A stretch of DNA of 64,000 nt from Lama guanicoe (Eukaryota): positions 496,001 to 560,000 of the forward strand of contig MU053431.1 in NCBI GenBank assembly GCA_013239625.1, written 5' to 3'. The position numbers and the translations under genes were made by a program. This document shows, piece after piece, positions 25,301 to 36,336 of the stretch; within the stretch, counting starts at the first letter, position 1, and the number at the start of each line of letters is the position of its first letter. A model generated the notes under the pieces. That model was not told the DNA's origin. It made no database searches and was given only the letters and a program-made list of their open reading frames with translations.

Positions 25301-26298
25301 TCCCAAGACGATCTCCCCAAGTGTACCCCCCCACATCTTCCTCATGCCACATGCTGGACGAATTCTTACTTACTGAAAAGTTCTCTGCAAATCAACCTTA
25401 CATTGACTATTTTTTAAAACAATATTTAATATTTAAAGACATTTTCAGAAATTTGTCTTGATAAATGATATACATAAGATAGTGGATTTAGTAAAAATAT
25501 GTTAAAACTTTCCTTATGCACGATTGACACCTAACTCTTCATTTAAAGTTGTTTTCTCATGTGCTGCCTCTTCCCGCAACCGAAAAAAAAAGAAAGAAAA
25601 CAAACAAAAAGGGCCAATAGTAATTCATATCCCAGACATGGGGAGTCAGCAAGGCATAAGACAGGAGCCGGGGTTCATCTCTGCCTCAGTGCCTGTCAGG
25701 ACGAAGGGTCAGGACGTGCATGCTGCAGGAGAGGAGAAAAACCTCACTTGTGGCTTCACTGTTTTTGGAGATGACCACTTACTCTTACGTTTCAGAGGCT
25801 AGAACACCCTGGAAGTGAAAATGAGTTTCCTTTTTCCAGGTAAACACAGAATAAGCATTTTGGAAAGAAATGGACACTCAAACCAAGGACTCTCGAGGTG
25901 ATCAAGACCTTGACCCAGAAATTCCAGCCCTGGCCAAAAATCGTGCTCAATAAATAATTCAACAGAACAACGAACAAGATATTGTGTTAACGGCAGCATT
26001 GTCTTTAAAGGTAAAACCTGTAACCAGCGGAAATTCTTAGGAGGATATCTTCAGAAATTAGTATCCATCAAGATGGAAGAAGGTTATCTGTCTGTTAACC
26101 TGATGATTGTGAAAACTGTAAAAAAGCCAAATTGCAAGATGGCACTCCTGTCTCGACTGCAGCTCTGAAAACTGTGACTCACCGTTGGCGAGAGGTTGAG
26201 AGTTGGAACCCAAGAGTGTCCAGGAGGAGAGGCTGGGCTCTGTGCCTTCTGCTCCACCAGCTGGTGGGCCAAGTGGGCGACCTTTAAGGGGAGAAGAA

Positions 26299-26452
26299 AA
26301 CAGGGAACTGTATTCAATATCTTGTAACAACCTTTAATGAAAAAAGAATATGAAAACGAATATATGTATGTGTATGCATGACTGGGACATGGTGCTGAAC
26401 ACCAGAAATGGACACGTTGTAACTGACTGTACTTCAGTGAAAAAAAAAAAAA
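26299..26452 (+). mobile_element. Young, heavily 5'-truncated LINE-1 3' end with poly(A), camelid-like
   Basis: acagggaactgtattcaatatcttgtaac...aatatgaaaacgaatatatgtatg...gactgtacttcagtg followed by an intact A13 tail. Confidence 0.9.
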
Positions 26453-29145
26453 GAGTGGAAGAGCAGTACTGACCGGGGAAGAGCTTTACCACCATCGCGA
26501 ATGAGAGGAGACGGGGCGCATCACAGTGCGCACACCTGCTCTAAGAAGATGCGTGGGTGCACGCGTGCACACACCCAAACGCTCACGGCTGTGCGCAGCT
26601 CCAGAGGAGGAGCTGTGAGCTTGTGGGCACATTTCTTTTTTTCTCCTCTGTGTGTGTGGGGGGGGTGCCCTTTTCTGCATGCTGTTCTCTCTGAATCAAG
26701 CTCACGATGATAAAAATGTTATAAAATTAAAACGGCCAGGAGAAAATTTTGATAGCTGTGTATCGTTTCAAATAAGCAGGTACATAAATCTCAAGCTGGA
26801 AATGAAAATATTTGTGCTACTGTGTAATTTTTTTAATTGAGACTAGGAGATTTAATACTGCTTTTTAACTTGAATTTTTAATTAAAAATTAAAAAATGGG
26901 TAACATGCATTTCCTCCTTTAACAGCAGCCTTCCTCAGAGTTCAGATTATGCATAAGCAGTGTGTGCGTGTACATGTGAGGTGCAGATAATTTTATTGGA
27001 ATTAATGTCGTTAGCAAGCTTCCCTCACAAACAGCTATCACACCACAGTGAAAACATTTAGAGCATAAACAGCATAAATAAGCAAAATGAAAAAAAAATT
27101 ATTGTACTGTTTACCAACAGATCCATAATTACAAAGTAAATTAACCATGAAATGAAACACTTTGGGTTTTCTGCAATACTGTTAGGAGAGACTGGGTGGG
27201 TTGTTTTTTTTTTCTTTCCGATTAATTCTGGGAAAGCTTGAAAGTGAAATATTGCAAAGAGCATTATGATTGTTTTTTAACCTGTCAGCACATATCAGCT
27301 GTGTTCAGAGATGCCCATTTTCATCGGCAAAGTCAAGGCTGCCAGCAGGGCAGCTGCTCTGAAGAGGCTGGGCGTGCACGGGAGGGGAGCACTTCCAGGA
27401 GTGGAAAGTTCCAGCTGTCTGCAGGTGGCAGGTGGCGGTTTGAAGAGAGAGGCTTTATTCTCCTGTGAAGCCAAAACCCTGAGATCTCAGCTCTGTTCTG
27501 TGAAACAAAATGAATCAAGCCGGACCTGCCCTCCTTTCAAACAGAGAATTCCAGCGTCCAGCCAGCTGAGGTGAAGAGGAGCTTGGAGGGGCAGGTGCCT
27601 TGGGGGGCATGGAGGCAGGTCTCTGGGGAGTGCGGGGCCTGCGCCCCACCCGCGTCACTATGGGGGTGGCACGGTGCGCCCCAGCAGGAGGCTCAGAGCA
27701 CTCAGGGCAGAAGGGGCCTCGTGGGCACCGGGGGCTCCTGGGGCTTTGTTTCTGAGAAGCAACTATAGACAAACAGAATTCATGGGGGGACGAGTCCAGT
27801 CTCCTCTCCAAAAACTCACAGCGCCCGTCACACAATTTACCGTTCAATTCCATTCAGTCGTCAGCTCTTTTCCTCTCTTCTCCTACCTAGGTTTCACTTT
27901 ACCTGGTGTTGCGCGCTCGCCTTTGTCACGCAGATGACTTTCTTTGTCAGCAGAGTGCGTGAAACCTGGTGGTACCCACCAGTGGGGGGAGATCAGCTCC
28001 TTGGTGCTGCTCCCACCACCCAGGAGACAGGAGCCCCACCCCCGGGGTCACCTCCCAGGGAGCCTCACCCTCTTCAGAAAGAAGCTGAGAGAGCGGATCA
28101 CAAACTGCGAAAAAGAGACGTGTGGTCGTCACCCCTGCTCCCCAGCGCATCCTTCTGCCAGGCGCTCAGCTAGCTGCTCCGGGGACGTCGTCTTTCATTC
28201 TCCCTTCAGCTGGGAGAAGAGGTGTTGTCCTGCCCTCCTAACCAAATCTCTAAGGCGTGCTTGCAAGTAAGTAGATGGGAGAAGTCAGTTAAGACCAGAA
28301 CGCATTCAAAATCACACAGTCTAAAAAATTTTTAGTTTGACACATGCAAATGCCCATTCACTAGCCAACCGTTCGGAATTTTACCCAAAGTCTCTTCCTT
28401 GAGTATCATGCCCCCGATTACACCGCCACAGTGTTTTTCTTCCGTAAGCCTCTAACCACCATCACGATGCAGCGTTAATGTTGTAAAATGTCAGTTTCTT
28501 TGGCGGAGGAAGGTGGCTGAAAGCGCTCGGGCGAACAGCCCTCCTTTCTAACGCATGTCCCCCGTCTGCGACCTGCTGCTTCTGAGCCTGGTGTGCCGGC
28601 ACCTTCTCTTTGGCAGCTCACTTTCCGAAACATTTCACTCCGTTTGCCTAAAAACAACTCTCTTTTTGTCCTCTCATTTCATTGGCTCATGTGGTATTTG
28701 GTCGAATTGTATAATTACGATAAAGTGTACAATTGCGTGAATTGATCTGGGCGCAAACGCAGCCGAACCTTGTTGAGCAGAGGCTTTGGCTGGAGGCTGC
28801 AGGGGTGCCTGGGTCGCTGGAGGGGGGGCCGAAGGCAGCGGGCACTCGGGGCGGGGGCGGAGCGCTGTCCACATGCTTACGGAGAGGAGAGGAGAGTCGG
28901 TCACCAGGCAAATCAAGTAAGTGGAGAATCGTTCCACGGCCGCAGCTGCATTTACAGTCAGCATGGCTGGGGCTGAAATGTAAGGGGCCCCAAGCCCGCC
29001 GGCGCCCACCGCGCCTGCCTGCCACGTGCAGGCCAGCGTGCGCCGCACTGACTCCGGGCTGCCGGCATCGTGCCTCCTGCCGCCGTCAGCACCAAGCGTA
29101 CCTTTGGGGGGGACTGACAGGTCCTGCTCTGCCTGACTCCTCTCC

Positions 29146-29315
29146 ACGGGCTGAATAGTATCCCCCGCAGACCCACATGTTGAAGTCCTGACCCCCAGGA
29201 CGTCAGAATGTGACCGCATTTGGAGGTGAGACCTTCAAACAAACGTAATTCAGTTAAAACGAGGCCGTTAGGCTGGGCTCTGATCCAGCCCGACAGAGTC
29301 CTTGTAGGAGGAGGC
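29146..29315 (+). mobile_element. MLT1 (ERVL-MaLR) LTR 5' fragment
   Basis: gggctgaatagtatccccc...atgttgaagtcctgacccccag...cagaatgtgaccgcatttggag. Confidence 0.8.
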
Positions 29316-29344
29316 TGGGACATGACTGAGAAATGGGACATCTT

Positions 29345-29495
29345 TAGAGCATCAGTAGACATTAATAATATGGCAATATTGTTTGAACAACTTCTTGGTA
29401 ATAAATTTGAAAAAGTGTATGACAGAAAAATCCTTCGAAAAGTCATCAGAATTGTTGAAGGAAGAAATAGAAACTCCAAACAGTCCTGAATATGT
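29345..29495 (+). mobile_element. Old L1 ORF2 fragment
   Basis: Translates to EQLLGNKFEK, similar to L1 ORF2p EQLYANKFEN; gaagaaatagaaactccaaacag resembles the EEIENLNR region. Confidence 0.6.
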
Positions 29496-29689
29496 TAAAC
29501 ACACGCAGCTGTGACATGAGGCTCCCCGAAGGAGAGTCCAGAGCCAGTGTCTCCACCACTAACTCTTCCACGTGCCTAAGGGAGAAACAGCACTAGCGAC
29601 GCTTTTTCCCCTAAGTCTTGACGTACCTTTATTAATTACAAAGAGGGTTCTCAGCACAGGAACTAAGCTGACACCACCTTGGTCAAGTG

Positions 29690-30055
29690 AGCAGATGAAC
29701 ATCGCCTGGAATAAGACGTGTTGACGTCGCGTGTCCTCTGAGGTGTTGTGCCCAGAAGGGCAGAGCATCCCTTCTTGCCAAACCGCAAGGTCTTAATCTA
29801 ACTATGGGAAAACAAACAGATTCAAACTGAGGTCACATTTTACAAAGTAATTGACTCGCGCTCCTCAAAAGTGTCGAGATCACACGACAAGAAGGAAGGT
29901 CTGTGGCCCCGTCCTAGGTTACGGGAGACTTGGGGGGTGTGGCGATTAAATGAAATGTGAGACCTTGGATTGCATCCTGGAACGGAGAGATGACATTAGT
30001 GAGGAAACTGGCAGAATTCAGAGAAGTGTTAATTTGTTGGTTTCAACCACTGTAT
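29690..30055 (+). mobile_element. L1MC/L1MD-like 3'UTR fragment
   Basis: caaactgaggtcacattttacaaag, ctcctcaaaagtgtcgag, cttggattgcatcctggaac, gacattagtgaggaaactggcagaatt. Confidence 0.7.
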
Positions 30056-30057
30056 GA

Positions 30058-31105
30058 TTTTTAACTTTTTAATATTTATGCAATTTTAAAGGTTACTTTC
30101 CATTTACAGTGATTACAAAATATTGGCTATATCCCTGTGTTGCACATCTTTGAGTCTACCTTATACCCAAGGGCTTGTGCCTCCCACTCCCCCACCCCTG
30201 AACTGCGCTTCCACCCCCACTGGTTGCCACCAGTTTATTCTCTATGTCAGTGCGTCGGCTCTTTTTTTGTTATATTCACTAGTTCATTGTAATTTTTAGA
30301 TTCCACTTATAAGTGATGGCCTGCAGGGCTTGTCTTTCTCTCTCTGGCTTATTTCACTTAGCATAATGCCCTCCAGGTCCACCCACGTTGCTGCAAATGG
30401 CAAAACTTAATTCTTTTTTATGGCTGAGTAGCATTCCATTAAATATATACATACACACACACACACACACACACATGCATACATACATACACACCACATC
30501 TTCTTTATCTGCCCATCTAGACACTTGGGTTGCTTCCATATCTTGCAATTGTAAATAATGCTGCTGTGAACACTGGGGTGCCTGTATCTTTTGCAATCAG
30601 TGTTTTTTGAAATAGTGTTTTTTCAGATACACACCCAGGAGTGGAACTGCTGGGTCATATGGTAGCTCTGTTTTTAGTTTTTTGAGAAGCCTCCACACTG
30701 CTTCCCACAGTGGCCGCACCACTTCACTTTCGCACCAGCGGTGCCCCAGGCTCCCTTTCCTCCACGTCCTCACCAGCATTTGTTATTTGTGTGCCTTCTG
30801 ATGACAGTCGCTCTGACAGGTGTGAGGTGACATCTCATTGTTTTGCTCGCATCTCTCTGATGGTTAGCAGTGTTGAGAATCTTTTCATGTGCCTGTTGGC
30901 CACCCGCCTTTCCTCTTTGGAAAAATGTCTATTCAGTTCTTCTGCCCGCTCTTTGACTGAGTTGTTCATTTGTGTGTTTTTTTGATGTTGAGTTGTATGA
31001 GCTGTTTACATATGTTGAATATTAACCCCCCATCGATCATATCATTTGCAAATACCTTTTCCTGCTCAGCAGGTTGTCTTTTTGTTTTGTTGATGGTTTC
31101 CTTTG
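30058..31105 (-). mobile_element. LINE-1 3'UTR and ORF2 end, with internal (TA/CA)n at ~30443-30495
   Basis: Antisense L1 (cttatttcacttagcataatgccctccagg; ggagtggaactgctgggtcatatggtag); - strand ORF 30597-30779 contains KKLKTELPYDPAVPLLGVY, typical of the ORF2p C-terminus. Confidence 0.92.
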
Positions 31106-31344
31106 AGTACTGAGCCCCTTCAAATCCTCTGTCATATTCTTCTCCATAGCCCCAGCTCAAGGAGATGCTCAGAAAAGGCCTGAATGGGTGGTTGTGGTGG
31201 GGCTGGGGCTCAGGGGTCCCTAGCAGCACTCATGGTGTGTGAGCTCTGTGCGGGCATCGGGGGCACCAAGGTCAACTAACCAGACAAAGCCTGCCCTCTT
31301 GTGGAGCCCCACCGCATGGCAGGTGGTGTCAGCTTTTCGCAGAA

Positions 31345-31550
31345 TCCTGGGAAGTTCCTTGATTACGATGTCCTCTTCTCACGCCCCACTGTGGTTCCCT
31401 CTTTATGTCTCCAGTTGAAGAAGATCTTTTTTGCTAGGTTCCACTGTTTTTTTTTTCCAGTGGTCATTTAGCAGTCAGCTGTGGTTTCGTTGCAGTCGCG
31501 AGAGAGGCGAGCTCGTGGTCCTACCGCTCCGCCATCTTGACCAGAACTCC
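31345..31550 (-). mobile_element. Isolated LINE-1 5'UTR start (internal promoter region)
   Basis: - strand reads GGAGTTCTGGTCAAGATGGCGGAGCGGTAGGACCACGAGCTC..., the YY1-site-bearing start typical of mammalian L1 5' ends. Confidence 0.7.
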
Positions 31551-31589
31551 GTACATTCTTGATGTGTATGACTTTCTTGACAAATTCTT

Positions 31590-32000
31590 AATGATTCATC
31601 ACGAACAGGTATAAACTTGATAGCAAACCTGACAAGGACATTACAACAGAGGGAAATTACAGACAAAGGAACATTAATTTCATGAACATAAAGTCAACAT
31701 TCTAAACAAATTGTTAGCTCACTGAGTCCAGGACTTATTTAAGGAATAAAAACATTGGTTTAACATTCAAAAGTCAATCCTGGGGAGGACCAGGGAGTGG
31801 GTGGAGTATGTTTTCATCTCAATAGATGTTAAATATGCATTAAAAAATGTATCACCCATTCACAATGAAAACTTTAGTAAACTAGGAATAGAAGTGAACT
31901 TCCTTAATCTGATAAAGGATGGCATATATATATCATAATTTGGTGGTGAAAAACGGAAATCAGGAAGAAGATAAGAATATCCACTAATGTCGTCATTATT
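31590..32000 (+). mobile_element. Old L1 ORF2 (RT region) fragment
   Basis: aaacctgacaaggacattacaac (KPDKDIT), catctcaatagatg, aaactaggaatagaagtgaacttccttaatctgataaag. Confidence 0.8.
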
Positions 32001-32239
32001 CGCCCTGCTCTGAAGTGCCCGGCGGTGCAGCGGTCAGGTAGCCCCCTTGAACACTCAAGTACCCACAGAAGCTGAGCAAAGGCGAGGTGCTGTGGATTCC
32101 TGCCCCGTGTGACAGCAACAGGGAACATGGACGAATGTTCAGGGCAGCTCATTGCGGTCAAAACTGGGAGCCGTCTGCACGGCTGTCACCAGTTGGGGAG
32201 TTCACGGAGCAGTCCATGCATGGAACACGCAGGCCCAAC

Positions 32240-32441
32240 AGACGTTTTCTGTCAGTGGTCGGAAAGTAAGTTGTGTGTGTGAACCAAAGTCTTCTGAACC
32301 AAAAGGCAAAATCAAGGATAATATGCCTACTAAAAATAAACGTTTAACAATAATACAAAATACTCTTACCTTAACGTGTGGGCTGTACAGAAACAGGCGG
32401 TGGCCAGACTTGGCCCCTGGGCTGCAGCTGGCCAGACCCTG
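32240..32441 (-). mobile_element. MER58B-like hAT element
   Basis: gggctgtacagaaacaggcggtggccagacttggcccctgggctgcagctggccagaccctg matches the MER58 terminus. Confidence 0.65.
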
Positions 32442-32459
32442 CCACAGAGGAAGGGGACG

Positions 32460-33300
32460 GAAGAAGCGACCGTTCACGTACGAGGGTTCGTGATAAACCC
32501 CGAGACAGAGTCTCGCGTGAAAGATTCCAGACGCGGAAGGTGGACGTGTGACTCCGTTTGTGCCAAGTCCAGACAGGCAGCATCAATTTACGGTGACAGA
32601 AGTAGGTAGAGGGGATACTCTGAAGGGCTGTCGATCAGCAGAGGCACGAGGCAGGCTTCTGGGCGGCACAGCGCGCTCTGAGCCGAGCGCTGGCTGCAGG
32701 GCGCGCTCGCTTGCACAGACTCGTCAGCGGGTCCCTGTCAAACCTATGCGCTCCACTGCGTGCATGCTTAACTCCAGTTAAAAGGCTCATCAAAGAAGTT
32801 CTAGGTGAATACTTTTTTAGTTTGTATGTTAGGAGTGGACTTCGTACGTGCAGAAGGAAAAGGAAGAAGCTAAGAAGGAAAAGACCCTGTGTTCTGTTAC
32901 CAGGCGACCATCCGGGGCCGTTGTCAACGATTCTCACCAGGCTTCATGTAAACAGATAATTATTTCAACATCAAATAAAGTACCAAAAATTGGAAGCAAC
33001 TTAAATGTCCCCAAACTTGAGTATTATTAAGTAAATGATGGGATATTATACTTCTATTAGAAACAATATTATGAAGAAGATTTAACCATCTGGGAAAATT
33101 CCTGCACTGTAATGTTGAGTTAAAAAAGCAGTGTATCAATAAACACACACACACAGGAGTCAGGAAAACACCAGAGTGTCAGAGACGGTTGTCTCTGAGC
33201 TGTAGGCAGAGATACTCTGTCTTTAGTTTTTCTTTTTAAACTCTCCTGGATTTTTTTCTTAATTTCTACAATAGTATTGCGTCTATAATCAGGCAAAAGA
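32460..33300 (+). mobile_element. L1ME-like 3' fragments
   Basis: aaaaattggaagcaacttaaatgtccc, taatgttgagttaaaaaagcag and related degenerate 3'UTR motifs. Confidence 0.5.
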
Positions 33301-36184
33301 AAATGTGTTTTAAAAAGATGGGTTAAAGAACATTTTAAAACTATCAATCCAATCCATAGGCTTCACCTTGGAAAAGAAATGTCTTTATAACCTGAAAAAA
33401 AAGCAACCATCCCAACTTCTTTTTAGAGCAATAAATTTAAAAATTTCCTTGAAGCAGCTCTGCACAGAGAACCACACTTATCACTCTCCCACTGTCGGAC
33501 AAGAAATGTGAATCTGGAGAATATTAACAGAGACATTTACAGCGAGTAAGATAGTTCTGCTGATAAAGGCTTTTATGATAGACTTTAAAAAATGCGGATC
33601 TGCATAGCAGCTCTTCCGTGCCTGGCCCTTGCTGGCAGCGGGTAGATGGGCTGAAGGAAAACAGACAGCCGTGCCCTGGGGGCTGTGTGGACGAGTGGGG
33701 AGCGCAGACGGCGGCAGATAATCGCACGAATAAAAGTAAAACTCCTACCCGGATTCGCGCCGCAAACGGGAAGAAAATCCTTCCCGAAGAAGACATAACA
33801 GGCCCCCAGCCACTGACCCAAGTCCACAAAGCCGTTCTGAGGCGCCGCGCCCGCCTGCCGCCTCCCCTGTAAGCCCGACCTGCGTTCGCACCTGGCCCGT
33901 TCCTGCACTTCTAGCTGCGCTGGGCTGGGGAGCAGAGCTAATCACGCACGTCTTGGAGCCACTGGAATCCAGACCGTGTGCTGCACCTGCCAGGGCTCAG
34001 GATGATGGGTTAGTTTCCTTCATTGCAGGAAAATGAGGGCCCAGGGCAGGAATGCAAGAGAGGCTGTCTCCTCCTGCGCAAGGGGGGAGGGGGGCGGGGC
34101 GGGAGGGTGACAGGTGACCAGCGCAGGAGCCCCCGGCCGAGCAAGGAAGGGGAGCCGGTGAAACCTGTTGCCGAAAACCTGGCCTCCGAACCCCAGTGGC
34201 CAAATTGAGGCTCGGAGGCAGAGTTTTGGGAGAATTAGAAAAGCCTGATTGCTTTGCCCGGCCAAGGGGAGTCAGAGCGGGCTGATGCCTCAGAGGCTGC
34301 GAATCCACCCTGGGGTTGGTGTCTTGAGGTTCCATAGGAAAACCGGCGGGACAGGAAGGAGGCGACGATCAGGGCGCTTCCCGGGGCCTGTGTTCTTCTT
34401 ACTCTCGGTGGGTCCACCTGGCGTCACAGAGAATCTCCGGAGGCTCCGTTCTCTTTTCTGAGGCTGTCAGCCCGTGACCGACTCCCTGCAGCATGGCTGC
34501 GGGTTGAAGGCCAGGCTATTCTGGGCGAAGGAACCACAGGGACTGGAGACGGTCATGGAAAGGTTGGGGGCTGTTTCGCACAAAAGCAGTTGAGCAAATG
34601 AAGGAGAGATGGGGGTTTGTCGGAGAAAAGGGAAAAATAAGTTGCAAGAATTTTAAGTCAGAACGAATCCGCGAACAGCTTTAGCATCTGGGAAGCCCTT
34701 TTGTTAGTGAGTTTCCTGCTGTTTCCAAAACCAGGGGTCAGAGAGCAGCCAGGCCAACCAACGGTCAGCGACATCGACCGTGTCCAGTAGGTAAACAGGT
34801 GTATACATTTGAGTGAATAAATTCATTCATGAAAACCTGCCGGGCAAGGTGCCAAAATGCAGTTTGGACCCCTTACGGATCTAACCTAGAGGGAAGGAAC
34901 CCTGAGAACCCCGGGGTGATGAGGTGACGTGTAGGGAAGCGTGTGTCCGAGTGGGGTGGACACAGGGAGGAGGGGCTGGCATGGCCTGGAGGAGTGGCCG
35001 GGGCAGCGGGAGACACCGGCCGCCGCCCGCTGCTGGACGTGCTCCACGAAGCCGTGAACCGGGCTCGACCGCTACCCTCGGGGTTTAGGGGAAGACCAGG
35101 CAGTCGCGTTCTGCTGTAAGAAGTCTGTGGCCTCGCTTCACAGAGAAAGAAGTCTGGGTAGCCAGGCGAGGGTCAGAACCCAAGGGCGGTGCAGCCGCAG
35201 CAGGAAGACCATGGCAGCGCCTGCGCACGGGGTGGGTGGTGACTCTCTGCTGGAGCCCTGCCCTGGCCCAGCCCCAGGGACGCCCCTTGCACGGTGCTGA
35301 CGGTTGCGGCGAGGGAGCCGGCCGCCCGGGCGCTTCTTCCCGAATCTGCCCCTGCTGTGAGGACGTCCGTCCTCCTCCCCTGCAGGGCCCGGAGCCAGGT
35401 CATCTTTTGTGATGTCAGGCAGACCGTGCAGCTGCCCTGCGCCCCCAGGCGCCTGAGACACCCTCTCCGTCCCCCACACAGCAGGGCAGAGAAACGCCAG
35501 AGTGGGCTTCCCGATTACAGAACTGAGCCAGCGAGTCGGGACCTGTGTGTCAGAAGAGGGAGTCTGCAACTGTCGCGGTCCCAGCATCATCCCCTTTGGT
35601 ACTAGAGAACAGACGGTGACAAAATTGGAGGTAAATTACTCAGTGTCTCCTCTCGGCCCCTGGGAGGGATTCTGTGCTGCGTGGGAGCTCCCTGCGTTTG
35701 TCCTGAGTCACTCGCCCCAGGCTGCCCCCTCAGGCTGACTGGCAGCCGTCTGACGGAGCTCTGATCTGGAGGAGCAGGCGGCGCTGAGCCCTGTGTCACA
35801 AGCAGACTTCGATTCTGATTCAGCCAATGTGTGCTGAGCCTCCTCCAGGCGCCAGGCTGGCTGGTGACGCCCCCGCAGTCCTGCGGGGCAGGGATGGCGG
35901 CTGAGAGGAGGAGAAAGGCTGCCCGCTTGCACAAGCGTCCCCAGCCAAAGACGGCTGACTGCACTGCCAGCGTTTCAGCGGGGGACCATGCTGTCCTAAA
36001 GCCCAGGGCTGCCTGGGTCCGGCAGCCACAAGGCCCAGCGCTGGGTGGGGGGGCACGGAACCTCTCCAGCAGCATCGGGTCTGGGCCACAGGGCACAGAG
36101 CCGCCTGCCTGAGGCCTCATGGACTCCGGGTGAAGGCGCGGCTTGCTCCCAAGCTGCCGGAACACAGAGAGGCTCTTAATGTGA

Positions 36185-36336
36185 CACATTAGCAGCCAGG
36201 TCCTACTATAGAGCACAGGGAACTATGTTCACTGGTCTGTAATAGCCGGTAGTGGGAAAGAACTCATGGAACTGAATCACTGAGCTGTGCACCTGAAACT
36301 AACACAACACTAAATCAACTACCCTCCGATTTAAAA
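36185..36336 (+). mobile_element. Truncated cetartiodactyl-type L1 3' end
   Basis: ggtcctactatagagcacagggaactat...actgaatcactgagctgtgcacctgaaactaacacaacact. Confidence 0.85.

Noticed and set aside
25821..25839. ATG AGT TTC CTT TTT = MSFLF, same as the MOB1 N-terminus
   Set aside because: Five-residue coincidence; no other MOB1-like sequence nearby.
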